A DNA stretch of 63,381 nucleotides, the filler included, from Thermodesulfobacteriota bacterium (lineage in GTDB: Bacteria; DASVDK01): NCBI GenBank assembly GCA_036381125.1. It is 7 parts of 7 records of this genome, joined end to end, with 100 filler letters (N's around TTAATTAATTAA, not from the genome) between each part and the next. Parts side by side here need not be neighbours in the genome. Positions count along the whole stretch, not along the records: positions 37,224 to 47,221 come from DASVDK010000128.1; 6 more parts are not named here. The stretch is one strand, 5' to 3'. Below are positions 38,099-47,321 of the stretch, piece after piece. The position numbers and the translations under genes were made by a program. The notes beneath the pieces were generated by a model, which did not search any database, had not been told where the DNA came from, and was given only the letters and a program-made list of their open reading frames with translations. Numbering within the stretch: position 1 is the stretch's first letter; the number at the start of each line of letters is the position of its first letter.

Positions 38099-39189
38099 GG
38101 GCCCGCCAGTACGGCCGCGTACTGCCCGGCGATCTGCTCCCAGGCGAACCGGGCGACGGTCGGCGCCCGCGCGGCGTCCCCCGGACGCCCGGCCGCCAGC
38201 ACGTCGCCCAGCGCGTCGGCGACCGCGTCGTGGTCGTCGGGCCGCACGAGCCGGCCGCCCCCCGGGGGGACGAGCTCCGGGAAGGCCGAGCCGTTCGAGA
38301 CGACGACGGGCAGACCGCACGCCAGCGCCTCGAGCGTCACCGTGGGGCACGCCTCGTCGACCGAGAGGAGCGCGAACGCGTCGGCGGCGGAGAGGTACCG
38401 CTCCGGGTCGCTCCGCAGGCCCACCAGCGTGACGGTCGACTCGAGCCCGGCCGACCGCACCGCGGCTTCGAGCGCGGCGCGGTCCTGCGGCGCGCCGTCG
38501 CCGACGATCGCGTAGCGGATCCGCGTCCCGTTCGCGCGGGCGAGGAGGCGAGGCAACGCCGCCACGACGTGGCCGATCCCCTTGCGGCCCTGCAGGGCCG
38601 ACACGGTCACGACGAGCCGGTCGCGATCGTCGAGGCCGAGGTCGCGGCGGACCGCGAGGCGCGCCTCCGGGTCGAACCGGAACTTCTCCGGGTCGACGCC
38701 GTTGGTGATGACGTGCGGGCGGCGCCCGAGATACGCCTCGACGCCCTCGGCAACGTACCGGCTCACGGCGATCAGCCGGCGAGCCCGGCGGGCCGCCCCG
38801 GTCCACTTCCAGTTGCGGTACTGCTTGTGGTGTCCGGAGACCGGGTACTGCAGGACGATCGAGAAGTCGAGGCGCCGCAGCCGGTCGGCGAGCGCCACGG
38901 CCCACCCCTCGCCTCGCGCCAGGTTCACGAGCAGGGCGCCGTACTCGTTCCGGAGGAAGTCGAGCGCGAAGCCCGGCACGAAGGTGACCTTGTGCCAGTC
39001 CCAGTGCGGGACCATGTGCACCTCGACGCGAGGGTCGAGTGCGTCGGCGCTCTTCGGGGCGTCCGTGCGGCCGGTGACGATCACCGCCTCGTGCCCCTGC
39101 CGGACGAAGGCGTTCGACAGGTTCACGATGCACCGTTCGATGCCACGGAGGATCCGAAGCGTGAACATGTGCGCCTGTGCGATCCTCAC
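38095..39189 (-). CDS. GT4 glycosyltransferase
   Basis: IAVSRYV, ITNGVD, RKG, EACPTVTLEALACGLPVV. Confidence 0.88.
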   Translation of the reverse strand: MRIAQAHMFTLRILRGIERCIVNLSNAFVRQGHEAVIVTGRTDAPKSADALDPRVEVHMVPHWDWHKVTFVPGFALDFLRNEYGALLVNLARGEGWAVALADRLRRLDFSIVLQYPVSGHHKQYRNWKWTGAARRARRLIAVSRYVAEGVEAYLGRRPHVITNGVDPEKFRFDPEARLAVRRDLGLDDRDRLVVTVSALQGRKGIGHVVAALPRLLARANGTRIRYAIVGDGAPQDRAALEAAVRSAGLESTVTLVGLRSDPERYLSAADAFALLSVDEACPTVTLEALACGLPVVVSNGSAFPELVPPGGGRLVRPDDHDAVADALGDVLAAGRPGDAARAPTVARFAWEQIAGQYAAVLAGP

Positions 39190-39221
39190 GTCGCCTGTCT
39201 CCCCGTCGGTCCGGCGGCGGG

Positions 39222-40118
39222 CTAGTGCATGCGCGCGCCCGCGATCCGCTCGAGGATCGCGATGGGCGCCTTCTCGGGCAGGGCGAGGACGTCGCGCGAG
39301 ACGATGAACGTCTGCTCGAGCGCGTACCGGCCCGAGAGGACGGAGTGGCTCACCATGTCCGTGTAGACCATCCAGGTCGCCCCCGGCGCGAACTCCGACC
39401 GGAGCTTGCGCGCGGAGGCCTGGTACTCGGCGTTCTCCTTGAGGAAGTGGTGGAAGCCGAGCATGAACTCGTCGTACGGCGAGCGCGCCGGCACCGGGAG
39501 CCCCACGGCGTTGGCGACGCGCTGGACGGCCCGCCGCGCGCCGCCTCGCCTGACCCGATCGAGGAGGCCCGAGGCGACCGCGAAGCGCTCCGCCAGCTCC
39601 TCGAAGGTCTCGGCCGTGACCCAGACGCGCGGCGCCTCGGGGTTGATGTTGGTGAAGACCCGCATGATGCGGTCGCCCCGCACCGGCCGCGTGGGGAACG
39701 CGTCGACGTGCAGGAGGTCGTTGCGCGATCGGGTCGGCAGCTTGCGGCCCGCCTCCTCCTCGGGGCGGAAGCTCGCGTAGTCGATCCCGAGCCCCGGCGC
39801 GTAGCTCGGCAGGAGCGCCTTGACGAAGTCGATCGCCCCCTGCGAGTAGCGCCGGACCGCGGCGAGGAGCCGCTCGTCGTCGCCCGACTTCTGCCGGACG
39901 TAGTTCTTCACCCGGTCCTCGCCCGGCCGGTAGGCGATGTTCTTGTGATGGACGCCGCCGACCAGCCGCTGCTCGAGGAGGAAGGCGCGGTCCTCCGCCG
40001 GGACGTCGATCGGGCTCCGGGGGAAGAGGAGGATGTGCCCCTCCTCGAGAGCCCGTGCGTACTCGAGGTCCCCGGCCTTCGCCTTCGCCTGCCAGTTCTC
40101 CGCCACGATCAGCGCCAT
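39222..40118 (-). CDS. kdoO: Kdo hydroxylase family (Fe2+/2-oxoglutarate dioxygenase)
   Basis: ALEEGHIL.FP, KNIAY, SFRP, LLHVDAFPTRP, RVFTNINP, RSPYD, DMVSHSVLSGRYALEQTF; inside the LPS cluster. Confidence 0.85.
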   Translation of the reverse strand: MALIVAENWQAKAKAGDLEYARALEEGHILLFPRSPIDVPAEDRAFLLEQRLVGGVHHKNIAYRPGEDRVKNYVRQKSGDDERLLAAVRRYSQGAIDFVKALLPSYAPGLGIDYASFRPEEEAGRKLPTRSRNDLLHVDAFPTRPVRGDRIMRVFTNINPEAPRVWVTAETFEELAERFAVASGLLDRVRRGGARRAVQRVANAVGLPVPARSPYDEFMLGFHHFLKENAEYQASARKLRSEFAPGATWMVYTDMVSHSVLSGRYALEQTFIVSRDVLALPEKAPIAILERIAGARMH

Positions 40119-40177
40119 GACGACCGTCTCCTCCCCCCCTTCGCGAGCACAACCATGCAGCGACCTCAGGATGTTTG

Positions 40178-41257
40178 TCAACCGCGACGCGGGCCGGCGC
40201 CGGTCCGCCCGAGCACGCGCCTGGCGGCCGCCGTCACGTCCGCCGGGTCGACGCCCGGCAGGCAGATGAAGTGCCCCGTCGGGCAGCGCCGCCGGAAGCA
40301 GGGGCCGCAGGGCGGCGCGCCCTGGACGGCCACGTGCGCGGGGCCGCGCGGCGCCGTCCGCCCGGCCGGCGTGGGGCCGAAGACCGACACGGTCGCGCTC
40401 CCCTGCGCGGCCGCCACGTAGAGCGGCCCGGTGTCACCCCCCACGGTCAGCGTCACCCGGGCGCCGAGCGCGGCGAGCCCGGCCAGCGTGAGCTTCGGCA
40501 TCACGACCGGCCGCGGCGCCCCGGGCGGCTCCCCGAGCCCCGCGGCGATCGCCTCGGCGAGCCGCCGCTCCTCGGCGTTGCCCCAGACGAGGACCGGCCG
40601 GATCCCCTCGGCCGCGAGCGGCCGGACCGCCGCGATCAGCGTCTCGACCGGCACCAGCTTGGTCGGCCAGGCACCGCCCGGCAGGACGAGGACGAGCGGC
40701 TCGGCCGGCGGCACGCCCGCCTCGGCGAGGACGCGGTCGAGCCGCGCCGCCTCCTCGGACCGCACCGGAAAGAGGGGCGCCTGCGGCTCCACCCACCCGC
40801 CGACCGGCATCGAGACCGAAAGGCCGGCGGCGAGGACCCGCGTGTACTCGTCCACGGCGTGCGGCGCGCCCGGCGGCGCGTAGCCGCGTCCCGCGCGCCA
40901 GGGGTTCACCGCCTCGCTCCGGCTGTAGGCGACGCGCCGCGGCGCGCCGGCCGCAAGGCCGATGATGCGGCTCTTCAGCCGGCCCTGCAGGTCGACCACC
41001 AGATCGAAGGGGCGCGCCCGCAGCGCCGCCAGGGCGTCGCGTGCGCCCGTCAGGCCGCGGCCGCGGAGCCACCCTCCGAAGTCGACGGGGTGGACGCGGG
41101 CGATCCACGGGTGCCCCTCGACCAGACCGGCGAAGCGGCCGTCGACCGCCCACTCCACCTCGAGGTCGGCCGGCGCGAGCCGCCGCACGCGGCCGAGGGC
41201 GACGAGCCCCTGGACGACGTCGCCGAGCGCCGAGAGCTTGACGACGAGGACTCTCAT
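40178..41257 (-). CDS. GT9 heptosyltransferase (WaaC-like)
   Basis: MRVLVVKLSALGDVV, DLQGRLKS, GDTGP, FGPT. Confidence 0.87.
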   Translation of the reverse strand: MRVLVVKLSALGDVVQGLVALGRVRRLAPADLEVEWAVDGRFAGLVEGHPWIARVHPVDFGGWLRGRGLTGARDALAALRARPFDLVVDLQGRLKSRIIGLAAGAPRRVAYSRSEAVNPWRAGRGYAPPGAPHAVDEYTRVLAAGLSVSMPVGGWVEPQAPLFPVRSEEAARLDRVLAEAGVPPAEPLVLVLPGGAWPTKLVPVETLIAAVRPLAAEGIRPVLVWGNAEERRLAEAIAAGLGEPPGAPRPVVMPKLTLAGLAALGARVTLTVGGDTGPLYVAAAQGSATVSVFGPTPAGRTAPRGPAHVAVQGAPPCGPCFRRRCPTGHFICLPGVDPADVTAAARRVLGRTGAGPRRG

Positions 41258-41292
41258 GCAGGTTCCTCCAACGGCAACGGCCCCCGGCCGGC

Positions 41293-42078
41293 TCACGCCG
41301 CCTTCACGACGGCGCGCTCGTACGCCTTGGCGTACTTCGCGAGCACGTATCCCGCGTGCATGAGGTTCAGGACGAGCCCCGGCCGGCCGTCGAGGAACCC
41401 GCCGCGCAGGACGTACCGGTAGAGGAACGTCCCGAGCGGGCGGGCGAGGAGCGCCGGCCCCGAGATGGCGCGCCCGCGGATCCCCCCGCGCTCCACCATC
41501 TCCTCCACCGCGAGCGACGAGTAGCGGTTCATCGTGTCGAGATACGACTCCAGCGACGGGTGGCTCTCGTGGCGCAGCGCGCCTCGCGTCCGACCGACGG
41601 GGCCGTCGACGCGGATCGCCTCGTGGACGCGGCGCGGCTCGAAGCGGCCCACGCCCCGCCGGAAGAGCCGGAGGTTCAGGTCGGGGTACCAGCCGCCGTG
41701 CCGGATCTCCCGGCCGAGGAAGACGAGCTTGCGCGGGACGCGGTAGGCCGGCAGCGACGCGGGATCGGCCACGATCGCCCGGATCTCCTCGGCGAGGTCG
41801 GGCTCGACGATCTCGTCGGCGTCGAGCGAGAGGATCCAGTCGCCGGTCGTCCGCTCGATGGCCAGGTTCTTCTGCTCCGCGTAGCCGAGCCAGGGGTGGT
41901 GGATCACGTGGGGCGTGTGGCGCCGGGCGATCTCGACGGTGCCGTCCGTGCTCCCGGAGTCGACGACCACGATCTCGTCGGCGAACGCCGCGGCGGCGAG
42001 GGTCCGATCGATGATGCGCGCCTCGTCGCGGCAGACGAGCGCCACGGAGAGTCGCGGCCGACCCGCGCGCTCAGGCAA
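41293..42078 (-). CDS. GT2 glycosyltransferase (WaaE/KdtX-like)
   Basis: VVVDSGSTDGT, QKNLA, LDADE, GGWYPD, VHE; TTG start inferred. Confidence 0.88.
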   Translation of the reverse strand: MPERAGRPRLSVALVCRDEARIIDRTLAAAAFADEIVVVDSGSTDGTVEIARRHTPHVIHHPWLGYAEQKNLAIERTTGDWILSLDADEIVEPDLAEEIRAIVADPASLPAYRVPRKLVFLGREIRHGGWYPDLNLRLFRRGVGRFEPRRVHEAIRVDGPVGRTRGALRHESHPSLESYLDTMNRYSSLAVEEMVERGGIRGRAISGPALLARPLGTFLYRYVLRGGFLDGRPGLVLNLMHAGYVLAKYAKAYERAVVKAA

Positions 42079-43189
42079 CGGTCGGCGCCCCGAGCCTGCG
42101 GTCGACGGCGGCCAGCACCGCGGCCGTGGCGATGGCCCGCATGCAGCGGCGGTCGGGGCAGGTCTCGTGCCGGCAGGGCCCGCACGGCTCGGGGCTCCGG
42201 ACCACCTCCGACCGGCGGACCGCACCCACCTCGTAGGGTCCCCACTGCGCGGGATCGGTCGGCCCGAAGAGCGCCACGACCGGGATGCCGCAGGCGACCG
42301 CCATGTGCATCGGTCCCGAGTCGACGCCGACGAAGAGGCGCGCGCGGCGATAGAGGGCGATGTCGACGCGCAGCCCCGTCCGACCGCAGAGGTTCTCGGG
42401 GGCCGGCGTGCCGTCGCCCGCCACCGCGCCGGCCAGCGCCTCGCAGCGGTCGCGGTCGGCCGGCCCCCCGGTGAAGGCGGTGCGCAGGCCGTGCCGCCGC
42501 CAGAGGTACCGGCAGACCTCGACGAAGCGGTCGTCCTCCCACTGCTTGCCCGGCGTGCTGGCCGCCGCGTGGACGACGGCGAACGGCGCTCGGGCGAGCC
42601 CGGCCGCCTCGAGGACCGAGTCCGCCCTGGCCGTCTCCTCGGCCGAGGACCATAGCTCGAGCGGTTCCGCTCGCACGTCCTCGTACCCGGCCCCCCTGAG
42701 GACGTTCAGGAAGGACTCGGCCTCGTGCTGCGCGCGGGGGTCGTACGGGACCGGGTGGGTGAGGAGGAGGCTGCGCCCCTCGGTGGCGAAGCCGGGCCGG
42801 AAGGGCGCGCCGGACACCAGGCCCACGAGGGCGCTCGACAGCGAGCGCTTCAGCACGAAGACCCCGTCGTAGCGCGCCGCGCGGACGCGCCGGGCGAGGT
42901 CGAGGTAGCCGCGCCACTTCCCGCGCCGGCCCCCGCCGGTCGCCGGGTCGTACCGGTGGCCGACCGACGGCGCGAAGGGGAGGATCCGGTCGACGTAGGG
43001 GCAGTTCGCGAGGACCTGGCCCGAGAAGGGGGCGACGAGGAGGTCGATGCGCGCCCGCGGCTCGAGGCGCCGGAGGTTCTTGAGGAACGGCCCGAGGAGC
43101 ACGGAGTCCCCGATGAAGCGGTAGCGCATGACGAGGACCCGCTCGAGGGAGCCCCGGCGTCCTGTCCCGGCGGCATCAGCGCGAGGCAT
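42071..43189 (-). CDS. GT9 heptosyltransferase (WaaF-like)
   Basis: RFIGDSVL, VDSGPMHMA, ALFGPT. Confidence 0.87.
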   Translation of the reverse strand: MPRADAAGTGRRGSLERVLVMRYRFIGDSVLLGPFLKNLRRLEPRARIDLLVAPFSGQVLANCPYVDRILPFAPSVGHRYDPATGGGRRGKWRGYLDLARRVRAARYDGVFVLKRSLSSALVGLVSGAPFRPGFATEGRSLLLTHPVPYDPRAQHEAESFLNVLRGAGYEDVRAEPLELWSSAEETARADSVLEAAGLARAPFAVVHAAASTPGKQWEDDRFVEVCRYLWRRHGLRTAFTGGPADRDRCEALAGAVAGDGTPAPENLCGRTGLRVDIALYRRARLFVGVDSGPMHMAVACGIPVVALFGPTDPAQWGPYEVGAVRRSEVVRSPEPCGPCRHETCPDRRCMRAIATAAVLAAVDRRLGAPTVA

Positions 43190-44096
43190 AGAGCCGCTCC
43201 CGCAAGGCGGTCGACTTCCAGCGCTTGTGGAACCAGAAGTACTGCTCCGGATGGGCGCGCACGGCCGCCTCGAGCCGCCGGTTGTACTCGGCGAGGGCCG
43301 CCGCGACCGACGCCTCGTCGTCGCCCGCGAGCGGGATCGGGGGATCGACCGTCATGACGTGCCGCCCCCCTTCACGGTGGATGAAGCCGGTGAGCAACGC
43401 CGCCCCGGCGCGCGCCGCGAACCGGACCGGCCCGCCGCCCGTCCAGGTCGGCTGGCCGAAGAACTCGCCGAGCAGCCCGCTGTCGCCCACGTCCTGATCG
43501 TTCAGGATCCCGACCACGGCGTTCTCGCGCAGGTGCGCGAGCACCCGGCGGCCCGCCACGCGCTCCTTGCCGCCGCGGGTCACGCCGAGGAGCGAGGCCC
43601 CGCCCGCGCCGCGCAGCCGGGCGAGCGCGCGCTCGACGTAGGGGTTGCTGAGCTTCTTCATGACCACGACGAACGGCAGGCCGGTCAGCTCGCCCACCCG
43701 GCTGCCGAGTTCGAACGCCCCGAGGTGACCCGTGAGCACCACCACGCCCCGGCCGGCCGCGCGCGCCGTCTCGAGCCGATCGAGGTGACGGAACTCGACG
43801 ACGGCCCGCGTGGCCTCGATCGGCCGGACGGCCAGCGCCGCGAACTCCAGCACGTTGCCGCCGAAGGACTCGTAGGCGCCGCGGACGATCGCCGCCCGCT
43901 CGGCCGGCGTCCGCTCGCCGCCGAAGGCGAGGGCGACGTTCGCCTCGACGATGCGGCGCCGCAGGCCGAGGCCGAAGGCGAGCCGGCCGAGCCACACCCC
44001 GATCCGGCGCGCCGCGGCGGGCGGGACGAGCCGCAGCAGGGCCAGGAGCACGACGACGCACGCATGCTCGAGCCGGTGGCGGAGGGCCACGGCCAT
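43176..44096 (-). CDS. lpxL: Lipid A late acyltransferase (LpxL/HtrB family)
   Basis: TGHLGAFE (Hx4E), LNDQ, FFG, PEQYFWFHKRWK. Confidence 0.88.
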   Translation of the reverse strand: MAVALRHRLEHACVVVLLALLRLVPPAAARRIGVWLGRLAFGLGLRRRIVEANVALAFGGERTPAERAAIVRGAYESFGGNVLEFAALAVRPIEATRAVVEFRHLDRLETARAAGRGVVVLTGHLGAFELGSRVGELTGLPFVVVMKKLSNPYVERALARLRGAGGASLLGVTRGGKERVAGRRVLAHLRENAVVGILNDQDVGDSGLLGEFFGQPTWTGGGPVRFAARAGAALLTGFIHREGGRHVMTVDPPIPLAGDDEASVAAALAEYNRRLEAAVRAHPEQYFWFHKRWKSTALRERLYASR

Positions 44097-44269
44097 CAGG
44101 CGTCGAGCGGGACGGCCTCGTCGATCAGCATCTGCGGGATGTCGTCGACGATCGGGTACCGGAGGCGGCACGACTCGCAGACGAGCCCGTCCCCCGACGG
44201 CGCCAGGCTGAGGCGCCCCTTGCACTTGGGGCAGGCCAGGATCTCGAGAAGCTCCGGGTCGAGCGGCAT
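44096..44269 (-). CDS. Trm112/YcaR family protein
   Basis: Below the ORF-track cutoff; MPLDPELLEILACPKCKG...CESCRLRYPIVDDIPQMLIDEA. Confidence 0.9.
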   Translation of the reverse strand: MPLDPELLEILACPKCKGRLSLAPSGDGLVCESCRLRYPIVDDIPQMLIDEAVPLDA

Positions 44270-44293
44270 GGGCCGCGAGTCCCCTTCCCACGG

Positions 44294-45034
44294 TCAGGGG
44301 CGGACGAACGAGGTGAGCTCGGCCGCCACGCGGCCGATGCGGACCTTGCTCTCCATCCTGACCGGTATCCGACGCTCGTCGTCGGTGAGCCAGACGACCA
44401 CGTCACCCTTCTGCTGGAAGACGCCCTCGAACCTGAGCAGCGGCTTCACCACGATCGCGTCGAAGGTCCCCGCCGGGACGGTCACCCGCTGCCGCCGCAG
44501 CACCTGGACCTCCACGTCCCACCGCCGGCGTCCCTCGAACGCCTCGAGGGTGAAGGTGCGGCCGACCTCGAGCGCGTGCACCCGCGCCTCGAAGAGGATC
44601 GAGAACGGGTCCTGCACGGGCGAGAGGAGCGGGAAGCGCTCGACCGGATCGCCCGCCCACTCCCGCCGGACCTCCTGCTGCGGCAGGTCGAACACGTAAC
44701 GGCGATCACGCACGCGCCGCCCTTCGCGGCCCCTGTGCGTGAAGAGCAGACTGTAGCGCCCCCGGCAGTCCCAGAGGCTCTCGACCTCGACGCGGACCTT
44801 GTAGAACGCGTCGACGAACGCGTTGGAGCGAGCCGTGGCGACGAGCCTCAGCGCCCTGCGGCCCCGATGCGCCACCGGCGGCTCGACGGCGATGGTCGCC
44901 TGCCCGCCCGGGATGCCCATCCAGGCGATGTCGTAGTGGAGGGTCTCCCCGACCGCCACCGCGCGGCTCTCCACGCAGCCCCACGCCGGGGCGGCCGCGG
45001 CGAGCCACGCCGCGAGGACGAGCGCCGCCCTCAT
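44294..45034 (-). CDS. DUF3108-family exported protein
   Basis: Signal peptide, GETLHYDI.W.GI..G, DPFS, VPAGTF, VWLTDD.RRIPV. Confidence 0.8.
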   Translation of the reverse strand: MRAALVLAAWLAAAAPAWGCVESRAVAVGETLHYDIAWMGIPGGQATIAVEPPVAHRGRRALRLVATARSNAFVDAFYKVRVEVESLWDCRGRYSLLFTHRGREGRRVRDRRYVFDLPQQEVRREWAGDPVERFPLLSPVQDPFSILFEARVHALEVGRTFTLEAFEGRRRWDVEVQVLRRQRVTVPAGTFDAIVVKPLLRFEGVFQQKGDVVVWLTDDERRIPVRMESKVRIGRVAAELTSFVRP

Positions 45035-46122
45035 CCGGCCGCGGCGAGCCGCGCCGCGCACGCCGCGGCGAACCCGTCGGGGTCGTCCGGGTCGAGCGTC
45101 ACCTCGAGGACCAGCGGCTTCACCGCGCCGAGGCGTGCGAGGTCGAGCTTCACCGCGTCCTTCTCCGTGGTGACGACCGCGTCGGCCGCGGACGCCGCCT
45201 CGGCGATCCGCCGGTAGTCCGCCGGCCCGTAGGCGTGGTGGTCCGGGAACGCCAGCGGCCTGACCTCGACCGCACCGAGCTCCGCGAGCAGCTCGTGGAA
45301 CGACGAGGGGTCCGCGAGCCCCGACAGCGCCACCACCCGCCGCCCGGCCAGCGCGCCGCTTCCCCCGCCCACCGGAGCGGCCGGCCCGCCGAGCGGGCCC
45401 ATGGCCGTCGGGCGGTAGCGGCTCTCGAAGACGGCCGCACGCGGGGCAAGCGCCCGAATCTGCCGCAAAAGCCCGTCCCTATTACCGGATTTCGGCACCT
45501 TCGTCAAGAGAATGACGTGCGCCCGGGCGAGCGCGGCGGGCGGCTCCCGGAGAGGGCCGGCCGGCAGGAGGCGCCCGGCCCCGAGCCCCATGCGGGCGTC
45601 GACGAGGACGAGATCGAGGTCGCGGGCAAGGCGCCGGTGCTGGAAACCGTCGTCCAGCACGAGCGTGTCGGCGCCGAACCGCTCGATCGCCAGGCGGCCG
45701 GCCGAGACGCGGTCCGGGCAGACGACGACCGGCACGCCCGCGCGGCGCGCGAGGAGCACCGGCTCGTCGCCCGCCTCCTCGACGCCGGCAAGCGGCGTCG
45801 GCCCGCCGTCGCCGACGACGAGCGGGACGCCGCGGCGACCGGCGCCCCGCGCGTGGCGGCCGCGGTAGCCGCGCGAGAGGATCGCCGGGCGCCGCCCCTG
45901 GCCGGCGAGGAGACGCGCGAGGTAGAGCGTGGTCGGCGTCTTGCCGGCCCCGCCGACCGCCAGGTTGCCGACGCTCGCCACGGCGGCCGGCAGCCGGTGC
46001 GCCGGCAGGAGCCCCAGGTCGTAGGCGAGCCCGCGCAGGCGCACGGCGGCGCCGTAGAGGGCCGCCGCGGCGCCGAGGGCCAGGCGGGCCGGCGGCGACT
46101 CGCCGCGGGGCAGTCCGGTCAC
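45031..46122 (-). CDS. lpxK: Tetraacyldisaccharide 4'-kinase
   Basis: SVGNLAVGGAGKTP, LSRGY, GDEP, LDDGFQH, LLPAGPLRE, FPDHH, TTEKDAVK. Confidence 0.93.
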   Translation of the reverse strand: MTGLPRGESPPARLALGAAAALYGAAVRLRGLAYDLGLLPAHRLPAAVASVGNLAVGGAGKTPTTLYLARLLAGQGRRPAILSRGYRGRHARGAGRRGVPLVVGDGGPTPLAGVEEAGDEPVLLARRAGVPVVVCPDRVSAGRLAIERFGADTLVLDDGFQHRRLARDLDLVLVDARMGLGAGRLLPAGPLREPPAALARAHVILLTKVPKSGNRDGLLRQIRALAPRAAVFESRYRPTAMGPLGGPAAPVGGGSGALAGRRVVALSGLADPSSFHELLAELGAVEVRPLAFPDHHAYGPADYRRIAEAASAADAVVTTEKDAVKLDLARLGAVKPLVLEVTLDPDDPDGFAAACAARLAAAG

Positions 46123-46323
46123 TGGCCCGGCTGCCGGCGTCGCGCCCGGAGCGGCCGGGTCTCCTCGACCGGGAGCAGGGCGGTGCGCGCACCGGCGCGG
46201 ACCTCGCCCGGAACGGCGGGAGGGCCCCCCGCGTCGCGGCCCCGGGGGCCGGGGAGACGCCACGTCTCGCAGGGTCTCTTGCGGCGTGCCACGGTCGGCA
46301 TGGTGATCGGCTACTAATACCGT

Positions 46324-46713
46324 ACGGCCAACATGACGGGCAACCTCGTCCTCCTCGGCCTCGCCGCGGGCGAGGCGGCGGGTGCGAACGCCCTGCGGTC
46401 CGCGGTGGCGCTGCTCGGGTTCGCGGTGGGGGTGATCGTCGGCGCGCGCGTCGTCCAGACGACCCGGGAGCACGCCGTGTGGCCGCGGCGCGTCACGGTC
46501 GCCCTCGGCGTGGAGACCGTCGTGCTGGCCGGCTTCGCGGCCGGGTGGCTCGTCGAGTCAGCCAGGCCCTCGGGAGCGGGCCTGGCCGGCCTGATCGCCG
46601 CCGCCGCCGTCGCCATGGGGATACAGGCCGCGGCGGCTCGCCGCCTCGAGGTCTCGGGGGTGTCGACGACCGCGGTCACCGGGACGCTGACGCGCCTGAT
46701 GACCGAGCTTGCG
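46324..46713 (+). pseudogene. YoaK/DUF1275 membrane protein fragment, antisense to the LPS operon
   Basis: TANMTGNLVLLG, AMGIQ, STTAVTGTLT; in-frame TAA at 46315 removes the N-terminus; no proper C-terminus or stop. Confidence 0.7.
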
Positions 46714-46791
46714 CGATTGCCCGACGCCGGCCGGGCGGGGGCGGGCGAGTCGACCGGGGGCACGGCGAGGCGTCGACGGACCGGCCGCGGG

Positions 46792-47221
46792 TCACGCCCC
46801 TGCGAGGACCCGCTCCACCAGGGCGAGGGTCCGCACGGTGGCGCCCCGTCCCGCCTCGACGACGCCCCTGGCGCGGGCGCCGAGGTCGGCCCGGCGCGCC
46901 GGGTCGGCCAGGAGCCCCAGGGCGGCCTCGGCGAGCGAGGCGGCGTCCGCCACCGGCACCGCCCCGCCCGCCTCGGCCAGCGCCCGGGTGATCTCGCGGA
47001 AGTTGTGCATGTGGGGACCGTGGAGCGGCGCGCGGGCGTGCGCCGCCGGCTCGAGGAGGCTGTGGCCGCCGGTGGGGACGAGGCTGCCGCCGACGAACAC
47101 GACGTCGGCGATCCCGTAGAGGGCCGCCAGCTCCCCCATCGTGTCGATCAGGACCACGTCGGGCGCCGGCTCGCCGGGCGAGCCGGGACGCTCGCTGCGA
47201 CGCTGCCATCGCCACCCCCGC
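46792..47221 (-). CDS. waaA: Kdo transferase, C-terminal part
   Basis: DTMGEL..LY..ADVVFVGGSL..GGHSLLEPA, GPHMHNF. Confidence 0.92.
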
Positions 47222-47321
47222 NNNNNNNNNNNNNNNNNNNNNNNNNNNNNNNNNNNNNNNNNNNNTTAATTAATTAANNNNNNNNNNNNNNNNNNNNNNN
47301 NNNNNNNNNNNNNNNNNNNNN
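47222..47321. other. Artificial contig linker
   Basis: N-run with TTAATTAATTAA. Confidence 0.98.

Noticed and set aside
46119-46301. 60-aa minus-strand ORF ending in a GTGA overlap with lpxK
   Set aside because: Low-complexity translation with no family motif; cannot be supported as a gene
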